NCBI GenBank assembly: GCA_965248935.1 | Contig: OZ252214.1 | Span: 2,097,874 to 2,161,873 of the forward strand | Reading direction: 5' to 3' | Origin: Cellvibrionaceae bacterium | Lineage (GTDB): Bacteria; Pseudomonadota; Gammaproteobacteria; Pseudomonadales; Cellvibrionaceae | Length of the DNA: 64,000 nt | Part shown: piece after piece, positions 12,480-20,494 of the stretch | How the letters are laid out: each line of letters starts with the position of its first letter | Position numbering within the stretch: the first letter of the stretch is position 1 | The notes under the pieces: model-generated | What the model was told of the DNA's origin: nothing | The model's database searches: none | Seen by the model: the letters and a program-made list of their open reading frames with translations, nothing else | Made by a program: the position numbers and the translations under genes

Positions 12480-13178
12480 TTACACACATTTTGTCGCTAT
12501 AAATAAAACCCGGTCACGGACCACTTTCCAAGCACTTGAGTTGTCCAACATTCCAGGTAAAGTATTCTCATAGTCTGGATGGTTTATTAATAATGTAAAA
12601 CACTCAGATAGATATGATTTAATTTGTGCTTTAGATTCATAGACTAATATATCGATATCTGAACGATGCTCGATCACAAAAAATACATCCTCTAAATCAT
12701 GAGAAAAAATATTATTTTCTCCCCGCCTGGAATAAGCTTCAAACTTAGTACCAAGAAAATACACGGGATCAATTACATTAATTGTTAAATCTGAATTTAA
12801 GACTTTCTCCCAGGCGAAATCCATTGACTCACGGTACCAGCGATTAGAAAAGCCTAATATTTCCTCGTCAATGGGCATCGAGTCCACTTTTAACTTACCC
12901 CCCATAAAAGGCATAGTCCATCGACATATCGGCGCACCCATACTCTGGTCATTAACAAACCCTAATTCACACATTCTCCGTTCAAACGATTGGTAGTTGC
13001 TTTCTACACTAATATCGACAATGAAATCTACATCTTCGGTTTGGCGCGCACTTCCTGCCGCCACATCGTCCACAAGCAATGCTGTGGTCGATCCACCCAC
13101 GAACACCACCTTGTCTTTGAGTTCCTGAAGCTGTACAGCTACCGCAGTGATTTGTTCGATATTGAGCTTGTTGCTCAT
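12480..13178 (-). CDS. Nucleotidyltransferase of the AbiEii/DUF1814-like type IV toxin family.
   Basis: 232 aa. The N-terminal VFVGGSTTALLVDDVAAGSARQTEDVDFIV fits the GG(T)AL...R.SEDIDF signature of AbiEii-type NTases. It overlaps the upstream gene by 4 nt. Confidence 0.65.
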   Translation of the reverse strand: MSNKLNIEQITAVAVQLQELKDKVVFVGGSTTALLVDDVAAGSARQTEDVDFIVDISVESNYQSFERRMCELGFVNDQSMGAPICRWTMPFMGGKLKVDSMPIDEEILGFSNRWYRESMDFAWEKVLNSDLTINVIDPVYFLGTKFEAYSRRGENNIFSHDLEDVFFVIEHRSDIDILVYESKAQIKSYLSECFTLLINHPDYENTLPGMLDNSSAWKVVRDRVLFIATKCV

Positions 13179-13783
13179 GCGTGAAGCCCCATAACAGAGT
13201 CGTGCATCAAGTCCTTTGCATAAACCAGCTCCCGAGGTTTTCCTGTACGAAGAATATCAATCAAAGATAGCAACTCATACAACTCAGAGTCTTTCAGAGC
13301 GGCATCCTGACACCTTGCGTACAACGGCTCAATTAACTCACCTTGTACACTGCCTCCCGCCGCCTGCCACACCATCGGAGTTTCAGGTGGATTCATTGGT
13401 GAAAAAATTAGAGGGCAATTCCAGCCCGTAGGTACTCCCCTCCCATAACCTACTTTCTCTGGAGCAAAGACATGCCGAACCCCATTACATAGCAAGTCAC
13501 TCAATGCATTTCTTTGCACTGAATAGTATTTCCGATTTGATGAAAGTACATCATTGTCTCGAGGCTGCCGCTCCCCAATTAAGCCAAGGTGGATAAGGCG
13601 GTGAATAGATCGAGAGATATCACCCTTGCTTTTGAAAAGATCGGCAGACAAATCACTTACTGAATTGGTTGATATGGGGATCGATTCTTCCGCAGATACC
13701 TCGTTCAAGAGTAAACGAGCGCTTTTCTCGTTCACGCCAATTTTAAGCGCTACCACGATATCCAAGGGCTTTAGTATATGCAT
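13175..13783 (-). CDS. AbiEi-like antitoxin / transcriptional regulator partner of the nucleotidyltransferase.
   Basis: 202 aa with an N-terminal wHTH-like region. The 4-nt start/stop overlap with 12480-13178 matches the abiEi-abiEii operon layout. Confidence 0.5.
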   Translation of the reverse strand: MHILKPLDIVVALKIGVNEKSARLLLNEVSAEESIPISTNSVSDLSADLFKSKGDISRSIHRLIHLGLIGERQPRDNDVLSSNRKYYSVQRNALSDLLCNGVRHVFAPEKVGYGRGVPTGWNCPLIFSPMNPPETPMVWQAAGGSVQGELIEPLYARCQDAALKDSELYELLSLIDILRTGKPRELVYAKDLMHDSVMGLHA

Positions 13784-14219
13784 AACCGTTTCTTGTTTCT
13801 AAAATAGAAACAATATTGAACCAAGCAGCAGAGTTCTGTCAAGTAGTTCGATTAAACAAATCATCTTATTACTTCGGAAACCGGCGGCTTGGCCCAATCT
13901 GAAAGAGGAGTTGTATTCTAACTTATATTTTTAACTACCGTTTTTAGGTTAAATCACGAATTTGTTTAAAAGCCCACAGCGTCAATAATTTCCTATTTGA
14001 CTTCATTTAACCAACGTTTAAATTATCTAGCCGTATTTTTAATTTGCCATCTTACTACTACATAATACAGTCAAAAAGGCATTGTATTAATCAGATCATG
14101 AATATTAAAGCAACTATGAGCGGCGGCCTTTAATCATCACTTTCAATGCTCGCAATTAGGTTTACATGGCCCACCAAAGAAACCAGAAATGATTTTACAC
14201 TTGTATCTCTAGAAACATA

Positions 14220-14450
14220 TTAAACCCCATCTTTTATGGCAGACCTCGGGGATGCAATCACGGAAGCGGCATCATAAAGCTTTTTCTGCATTAGCCTTTT
14301 ACATAACAGATCAAATCTATTCAAATAGGATAAACCCTCGACCTGAGAGTATGCTCCCTTTTTATTTTTAACATAAAGCTCAGATTTCTTTAACGGAGGG
14401 CGAATAGGTTCCAAGTATCTGAACATATATAATAGTCGCTTTGGCCACAT
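14220..14450 (-). CDS. Hypothetical small protein.
   Basis: 76-aa ORF, K-rich, no motif recognised. Confidence 0.25.
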   Translation of the reverse strand: MWPKRLLYMFRYLEPIRPPLKKSELYVKNKKGAYSQVEGLSYLNRFDLLCKRLMQKKLYDAASVIASPRSAIKDGV

Positions 14451-14505
14451 AGAAAATGTTCTATATACCCAACCTATATCGAAAGGAATTAGGCGGGGTG
14501 CATGG

Positions 14506-14745
14506 TTACTTGGCAGTGTCTTTTAGAACTTGCTCTGCCTTTTTAGTCATTTCTTTTACCCCCGGTTTTATAACTGCCTTAACGTGTTTTACTCTTTGGC
14601 GAATATCGGCTGTAGTTTGGGCGTTATTCGTCGTCATTTTTTCCTGATTCCTCAATCTCGTTATATAGCTTTCGTCGCTCAATATCATTTCGTGGGCCAA
14701 AGTGTGGGACTGGTTCGATGCTCTCGGCCTCAAACTCTGAGTCAA
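14506..14745 (-). CDS. Small Lys-rich protein, unit 2 of the tandem mini-gene pair. The probable real start is the internal MTTNNAQTT Met at 14637. The 5' part in this frame is a frameshifted relic of the 'A'-type gene.
   Basis: GAGGAA RBS 8 nt before ATG 14637. The upstream segment, in another frame, encodes ...KDTKKDPYYKDIDSEFEAESIEPVPHFGPRNDIERRKLYNEIEESGKNDDE*, which parallels the 14980-15159 product. Confidence 0.35.
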   Translation of the reverse strand: MTQSLRPRASNQSHTLAHEMILSDESYITRLRNQEKMTTNNAQTTADIRQRVKHVKAVIKPGVKEMTKKAEQVLKDTAK

Positions 14746-14864
14746 TATCTTTGTAATAAGGGTCTTTTTTGGTGTCTTTAAGCGCTTTGCTTAACTTTTG
14801 TCTTGATTTGTTCTCTGCCCATTATTCAAGAGCTTCAAGCATAGAAATTATTAAGTTATTTGCC

Positions 14865-14993
14865 GTTAAAATGAGGGCTGCTTTTTAGCTTATTTGTATT
14901 TGCTTTGATTTTCCCTCTGTCTCGATTTTTAATTCGAGCCTTCGCTTCTTCGAGAGATTTTGCTGGGCCGTTTCCTTTGTTATTCGTTGTCAT
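14865..14993 (-). CDS. Small ORF 'B' (42 aa, MTTNNKGNGPAKSLEEAKARIKNRDRGKIKANTNKLKRQPSF). Its start overlaps the stop of ORF 'A'.
   Basis: Hand-translated; it is below the ORF-track length cut-off. The ATGACAACGAATAA arrangement puts the ATG inside the stop region of the upstream ORF. A paralog (MTTNNAQTT...) sits 350 bp downstream. Confidence 0.3.
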
Positions 14994-15159
14994 TTTTCTC
15001 TCCGTACTTTTCCTCTCGTTTTAGCTCAATTTCATCAAATGAGCCGCTTACAAGCGTATTTGGTTCATCGCCTGGTTTTATATTTTTGCGCCTTTCTTCA
15101 CGGGCTTTTCGACCAGCTTCCATGCGTTTTTTTGCTTCATCTAGTGATTTATCATTCAT
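14980..15159 (-). CDS. Small ORF 'A' (59 aa, MNDKSLDEAKKRMEAGRKAREERRKNIKPGDEPNTLVSGSFDEIELKREEKYGEKNDNE), K/E-rich.
   Basis: Hand-translated. It lies 5 nt downstream of the GNAT-like gene. A frameshifted paralogous copy lies upstream of 14637. Confidence 0.35.
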   Translation of the reverse strand: MNDKSLDEAKKRMEAGRKAREERRKNIKPGDEPNTLVSGSFDEIELKREEKYGEKNDNE

Positions 15160-15163
15160 AGTT

Positions 15164-15730
15164 CTAGCCTCGCAGTTTTAGCGAGCAATATACAGGTAAA
15201 TTTTTGCCTGCGGGTTCAACAAATTCGAATCCGTAGGTGCAATAATAATTCGCTACTTCTTGGTTTACTGGCCGCATTATTCGTATTTCGTCAGCACCCA
15301 GTAAATCTGCATAAATTTGTGCGCTTTCAGAAATAAGTTCAAAAATACGGGCATCTTTCTTGTGAGCGCTTATCGGAGTGCCTTCTATCAGGTTAACCTT
15401 TAGCTGGGTTTTTGCTTGGCTTGGTACTCCATAAACAAGGCCGACAAGGCTTCCCCCACGCTTAACAGATAAATCGTAGCGTTTAAACCGTTTCTTGTCT
15501 GTGTAATAACTATATGCGTTGACCCAACTCCACATTTGTCTGCTCTTGGAGTGATCAGCATTCGCCCAAGTGTCAGCCGTTAGGGCCAAATCTAGCGTAA
15601 TAGGCCCTGATTGAAACCCTGGGTATATGTTATTCATCTCATCGTACATAAGGGTTCGCAATCCTTTATAGAATTTAACTGTTTCACGAAAGCCCATATT
15701 TGAAAAGTCAGTTTCCCTTGCGGTAGACAT
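15164..15730 (-). CDS. GNAT-fold (N-acetyltransferase-like) protein, hypothetical.
   Basis: 188 aa. The C-terminal ...DEIRIMRPVNQEVANYYCTYGFEFV resembles the GNAT motif B region. Weak assignment. Confidence 0.4.
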   Translation of the reverse strand: MSTARETDFSNMGFRETVKFYKGLRTLMYDEMNNIYPGFQSGPITLDLALTADTWANADHSKSRQMWSWVNAYSYYTDKKRFKRYDLSVKRGGSLVGLVYGVPSQAKTQLKVNLIEGTPISAHKKDARIFELISESAQIYADLLGADEIRIMRPVNQEVANYYCTYGFEFVEPAGKNLPVYCSLKLRG

Positions 15731-15922
15731 GCCTGCCTCTTTCTTAGTTATTGAAAGCTAGATTTTAGCACTTCAATGTATCCTTTTAATGTGTACGGAT
15801 ACAAGTTTTTTACCTGTATTGGCATAGGAGTTATGCTATGGAGTTAAAATAATCTTTGTGGGTGGCTACTGCGCTTTAGTAAGAGTGAATACCCCTTAAA
15901 TAGTATCTATTAAAAACAAGCG

Positions 15923-16368
15923 TTAAGAATCTTGAGTAATATGCTTTAAAAGCTCAACCACTTGGGCTGGCGTCTGCGCCCAAGCCATTGCAGCCCCATC
16001 CACTTCTTTTAACGCATGAACACTATGCTCATCGTGCAAAGTATAATATAGGGTTTACCTAAAGCCGCACAAAACCCCGCATCAAAGGCTGCATTCCATT
16101 GCTTGTATTTATCCCCAAAGCGAATAACTGCAAGATCACACTGCTCAAGATACGTTTTGATACGAATACCATTAACCTTTGCAGATTTATGATCCCGCCA
16201 AAACCCTTTTTCTTCGTGCCCCAATACATCTCCAGCAGCATCACTTTTATCATGCTCAGTAATAGGCGAATAAAAAATAATGGGGAGGTTATACTCTATC
16301 GCTTTCGCTTTTATTTGTTCTCGCCAATCTGAGTGTATTTCACCAGATAAATAGATTTTCCAATTCAT
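15923..16368 (-). pseudogene. ytoQ: Frameshifted second copy of ytoQ.
   Basis: Same sequence as 11087-11530 except for SNPs and a 2-nt insertion near 16045. The insertion truncates the reading frame (...GKPYIILCTMSIVFMR*). Confidence 0.7.
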
Positions 16369-16440
16369 GGGCATTCGTATATTCATATTTATACCATTCA
16401 ATATTCAAAATTAGGTTTCCTTATTTTCCCCTTCCCTTAT

Positions 16441-17013
16441 TTACAGTGCCGCTTCTTGCAAACTATAAAACTCAAGGTCATCACCATAGCCTTTATCCAT
16501 TAACGCATCGCGTAAAGACTGATGAATTAATATGGCATTGCTGGACTCCGCCAAGCGAAACATTTTAATACCGCGTGTTTTCTTTTCATCTATCACCAAT
16601 TCATCAAAATCAACATCGATAAGAGGCACACCTTCATGGACGGTGGCTGTAGATTTTTCCATATCCGCCGCAGCAACAAGCCCTAAGATATTTACCGCTT
16701 TAAAATTGGTGTGAATACTTCCATCATCTGGGTCTTTAATAGCAACATTATAGGTATCAAAATTATACACACCGCAATCTAACAGAGCTTGAATAAAATC
16801 ACCTCGCCAAAGAGGGGGATCGGTTTCAATAAAAACCCCCATATATTGATCTTCCGCTGGAGACTCTGGTGTATAAGTATCAAGTAAAAATGGAAGCGGG
16901 TCTGGAAGCGGGTCGGTAATCACTGCGCCTTTCCACCATGATACACCCGGTATATAGGGAGAGTCCGCTATCCATCGACGTCGCCGCTCACCCGAAGCTA
17001 ATAAATAGTACAT
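16441..17013 (-). CDS. Putative immunity protein, cognate copy immediately downstream of the AHH nuclease toxin.
   Basis: 190 aa, 15-nt gap from the toxin stop. Assigned by position in a toxin-immunity pair. Confidence 0.5.
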   Translation of the reverse strand: MYYLLASGERRRRWIADSPYIPGVSWWKGAVITDPLPDPLPFLLDTYTPESPAEDQYMGVFIETDPPLWRGDFIQALLDCGVYNFDTYNVAIKDPDDGSIHTNFKAVNILGLVAAADMEKSTATVHEGVPLIDVDFDELVIDEKKTRGIKMFRLAESSNAILIHQSLRDALMDKGYGDDLEFYSLQEAAL

Positions 17014-17028
17014 AAATTTACCCTATAA

Positions 17029-17814
17029 TTAACCTTGATGTTCTTCTTCAATCATATACATTTTCACAAATCTGGATGTAAAAATATTCTTTTTCCAATT
17101 TATTGTAGGAAAATTAAGCATTCGATTCATTCGACGTGAAATAGTATTAAGCCTATTGACAATAACAAAAAGAGGTTCCGTCTCTTCTGGGGTTTTTTCT
17201 TTTTTTTCAGCTTCTGGACACCAGACTGATTTACCCGCTTCTAGTTTTTCAAAAAGCTTATTCAAAGTATCTTTAACAAAATCGCTATAATCGGGATGCG
17301 CATCGTGAAACTGGCATCGCCATTTCTTCATTGCAGTAAAAGCATATTCCTTTTTATAGGCATCCGTTTTAGAGGACCATGGCCGCACAGCGTAATTCCC
17401 CGGTGACCAGACGCCATTTACTTTAGCGTTAATATTGTACCCAATATTACCCTTGGCTTTACCATCCTTCCAAAGGTACTTATTGGATTTAAATAAACGG
17501 CTCTTCTTAAGTGCTGCATTTCCCGGTATTAAATGATGCGCAGCAACACTAGACTCATACTCTTTATTCTTTATAACCACTGTTTTAACATCAGGTTTAC
17601 CGTCCATTGCCCTGCCCAGTTTACCCGCATCATTTTTAAATTTATAGGTTGGTGACGATTCACCCGTTTTCGCTTCAGCATCTTCATCGTGTGCTTCTTC
17701 CAATTCATTTTCTATCTCGCTTGGCGGTTCAGATGCATTGCAAAACATACAAGTATCTTCTTCGTGCTGAAAGTCCAATACTTGGCTAACACTAACCTTT
17801 TCACCTAATTCCAT
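17029..17814 (-). CDS. AHH-family (HNH/EndoVII superfamily) nuclease toxin, small stand-alone form (261 aa).
   Basis: The SSVAAHHLIPGNAAL motif (Ala-His-His), followed by Lys/Trp-rich segments, is typical of the AHH predicted-nuclease domain of polymorphic toxin systems. The acidic N-terminal ~85 aa may be a delivery/adaptor region. Confidence 0.65.
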   Translation of the reverse strand: MELGEKVSVSQVLDFQHEEDTCMFCNASEPPSEIENELEEAHDEDAEAKTGESSPTYKFKNDAGKLGRAMDGKPDVKTVVIKNKEYESSVAAHHLIPGNAALKKSRLFKSNKYLWKDGKAKGNIGYNINAKVNGVWSPGNYAVRPWSSKTDAYKKEYAFTAMKKWRCQFHDAHPDYSDFVKDTLNKLFEKLEAGKSVWCPEAEKKEKTPEETEPLFVIVNRLNTISRRMNRMLNFPTINWKKNIFTSRFVKMYMIEEEHQG

Positions 17815-17833
17815 TGCTTACCCCTTTTAGAAT

Positions 17834-18892
17834 TTATTGTATTGATACTCGCAGTGCGGCTCTATGCTCTAGGTCCGATGAACAAGTAACCAAATATTCC
17901 GTCTCCACCGCGCCATTGTATGCAGCTTCTGCAATAATACTTATTAATGTTGGTCCAATCGCGGCCCCCAAATCACCGAAACAATCTACCGGGTGATTTA
18001 TACTTGGGTTTTCAATAAAACGCCTAGCCGTTCTACTTAACATAACACCAAGCTCTTTATTGCAAAAACCATCGTAAATCATACTTGTCCAAAGGCTGTG
18101 TATTTTTTCTTCACCGGCATGTGTCGCAGCAAGTTTCGCCGCCTCGGATAACCCCTCTCCCAAATAGGGGGCCGTGCTATACCTATGTCCAGGCTCTTTG
18201 GACAGACCAGGCCGATACAGTTTAATTGGTTTATCTACACTTGCTTGTGCCACGCGACGGGACGACAAGAGTAAGAAAGAGGCACCCTCTCCGGGGAAAA
18301 ACCCATCTACAGCACCAACAACATTCAAACGATCTTCTTTATCTAAGCGAGCCAGTAAGTGTGAGTCCCAGTAGGTATCCACGCCACCAACAAGCACATA
18401 GTCATTGTCTGTGGACTCAAAAAAACGGTGCGCCATCTCAATCGCATACAAGCCCCCAGTTCGTCCAATACAGGCGATTTAACTATCGGCACTATTTAAC
18501 GAAATACCTGATTGCTCAGCCAGTTGCTCCACAAAGTTACCTTTAATGGCTTTGCTTTTCCCTGGTAGTAATTCTGGGAGCGCCAAGAAAAGAGTTAAAG
18601 GGTTGTCTTTTGGTAAGTCATCGTCCAATTGCCGCAAGGCCGATGCCGCTAACCTTAACATTCTTAATTGGCGATCAGGAAGATATTTGGCTGGCAACTT
18701 TTTATTCAGACTTGGAAGCGCCCCATCTGGTACAGTCGCCATTTTGATAGGCTGATACCGCTTGGTTAAGAACCCGGTTTCCTCGAACATGCAAATACCG
18801 GCTGAAATTGCCACAGATGTTTTGAGTGCATTGTCGCCAATTGGTGTCACCACCCCAGTACTGACCACATTGACCCACGGGTTCTCACTCAT
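17834..18892 (-). pseudogene. Degenerate beta-ketoacyl-ACP-synthase (thiolase-fold)-like gene interrupted by an in-frame TAA at 18479-18481. The track splits it into 17834-18451 and 18479-18892, which share one frame.
   Basis: The N-terminus WVNVVSTGVVTPIGDN resembles KAS (..VVTGLGxxSPxGN). ...S*IACIGRTGG... aligns to the KAS active-site ACSSG region, placing the stop 2 codons before the putative Cys. The C-terminal half lacks the His-His region. The second piece starts with TTG. Confidence 0.55.
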
Positions 18893-18952
18893 TCATTATC
18901 CTTAAAGATATAGGGTTCTTGATTGAAACTTAAAGACAGGAATTAAGGGCAA

Positions 18953-19333
18953 CTAACCCATAATATTCTTTTTGTTGTGATACAAAGGGTCGCCCATTCT
19001 ACAGACGTTTTTACCTTCAAACTTCACGTCAGCGGAGTACATCATAAATTCGCAAACACCCATTTGGTCGCTACTGACCACACCTTTTAAAGTGCCCGCT
19101 TCATCCCCCATACTGCGTGAATATTGAGCGCCTTTGACCATAGGCATTTGGCCATCCACTTTGACTGATTTTGGGCCCTTAGTAGTATCGGAAGATTTTC
19201 CAATATTGGGGTAGGGAATAGGCACTGGACCACCTGGGGTAGGCGTTTTACAGACATCGGGAAATACAGGGCTATAGCCACCACTGCCTTTGTGAACGAT
19301 GCCTCTAGAATTGGTGAATGTAGTTTGTCCCAT
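18953..19333 (-). CDS. PAAR-like domain protein (DUF4150 / Tox-PAAR-like), a stand-alone putative T6SS spike-tip/adaptor protein.
   Basis: 126 aa. RGIVHKGSGGYSPVFPDVCKTPTPGGPVPIPYPNIGKSSDTTKG...GDEAGTLKGVVSS...SADVKFEGKNVCRMGD matches the DUF4150 consensus almost motif-for-motif. Confidence 0.8.
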   Translation of the reverse strand: MGQTTFTNSRGIVHKGSGGYSPVFPDVCKTPTPGGPVPIPYPNIGKSSDTTKGPKSVKVDGQMPMVKGAQYSRSMGDEAGTLKGVVSSDQMGVCEFMMYSADVKFEGKNVCRMGDPLYHNKKNIMG

Positions 19334-19419
19334 AACTTAATATTCCTTTTTGGTTATTTACATTTACTTGCCAATATAGTTGAAGTGAAGAACATATGTC
19401 CAGGTATGTTGTTAGAGTA

Positions 19420-19878
19420 TTATTTTAATTTTTCAGAGATTTTAAAACAATGCCTAAACGTAAATTTTCTCCATACACCGCAGGATTCAGAGTTATATGG
19501 AATAACAGTACGTTTAGATAGAAAAAGTTCTATTTCCCATATTTTCTTTCCAGAAAATTTAAAACGCACCAAATTAGGTTCGGTTACATCTAATAGGCTA
19601 AACGACCCAGTCCCATATGGCCAAAATAAAACTGCGTGGTCCAAAGTAGTATAGGTTTGATCAAGCAAATAAATATTCAGTGATTCTTTAAATAGAGAAT
19701 CATCTGTAGTAAATACTAGGTAATACTCATTATATTGGATACAAGCATCAAAGAACGCACCATCAATAAAAGTATTAATTGGCGTTCCTTTAATCAAAAT
19801 CTGGCTTTTAGGCGATTTTGTTTCGGTATCTTCAAAAATGAGTTTTGTTGAAAATTCTTGTTCGCTTAGGATCTTCAT
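19420..19878 (-). CDS. Hypothetical protein upstream of the PAAR-like gene. It could be an effector chaperone/adaptor or an immunity protein.
   Basis: 152-aa ORF in an AT-rich region with no motif recognised. Assigned by position only. Confidence 0.35.
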   Translation of the reverse strand: MKILSEQEFSTKLIFEDTETKSPKSQILIKGTPINTFIDGAFFDACIQYNEYYLVFTTDDSLFKESLNIYLLDQTYTTLDHAVLFWPYGTGSFSLLDVTEPNLVRFKFSGKKIWEIELFLSKRTVIPYNSESCGVWRKFTFRHCFKISEKLK

Positions 19879-20494
19879 TAATTAGTACTTATCAGATTAA
19901 ACCCACGCCAAAAGCTCCACAGTGACACATATGCGAGAGTTATTTTCTTACTTCTGCGTGAATGGTATTTTTTTCTACTGATCAAATCATTCAATAAAAT
20001 ATCACTTACGTATAATTTTTGAGCTTTTTTGGCCATAATTTCGTCAAGACCCCTTCCTTAACTGTTTTATTTTTTCGGCTATTACCAGCTTCTAGAGCTA
20101 ACGAATATAGTTTGCTCCATAATCTAATACTCTGTAGCCTAATATTTCTTTTTGGCTCCAATCTATTTTTAGTTACTTAGCCAAATAGTATCGGATCATA
20201 TACCACCAATAAAGATAACCTCCACTCAATTCTAAATTGTTGGCGCACAAGGCCGCAACAGGCAAAAAGCGCCAAAATTACCCTATACCTCACTTATATT
20301 TTATTACTACCGCATAGCTTTTTCTTTTACTCCCGCTTAACAACCCTAATGACGCTGGCTTGAGACTAAGAAAAGCCATTCAACCTATATATTCTTGCTT
20401 ATAATTTATGGGTTCAACTATAAACCTATAAACCGCAGTTGAATTCTCTAAGTCGTTTTATAGGTTGCGACCAACGTTTAATTTTTAAACAATA

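Larger units (their letters stand above)
15879..17257. repeat. Direct repeat copy 2 (~1.38 kb), here continuous with the full-length AHH toxin gene.
   Basis: See copy 1. This copy carries a TA insertion (AGTATAATATAGG versus AGTAATATAGG) inside ytoQ. Confidence 0.85.

Noticed and set aside
15219-15240. AATTCGAATCC, which resembles a tRNA T-loop.
   Set aside because: It lies inside the GNAT-like coding region with no acceptor or anticodon arms around it. No tRNA gene was found in the window.
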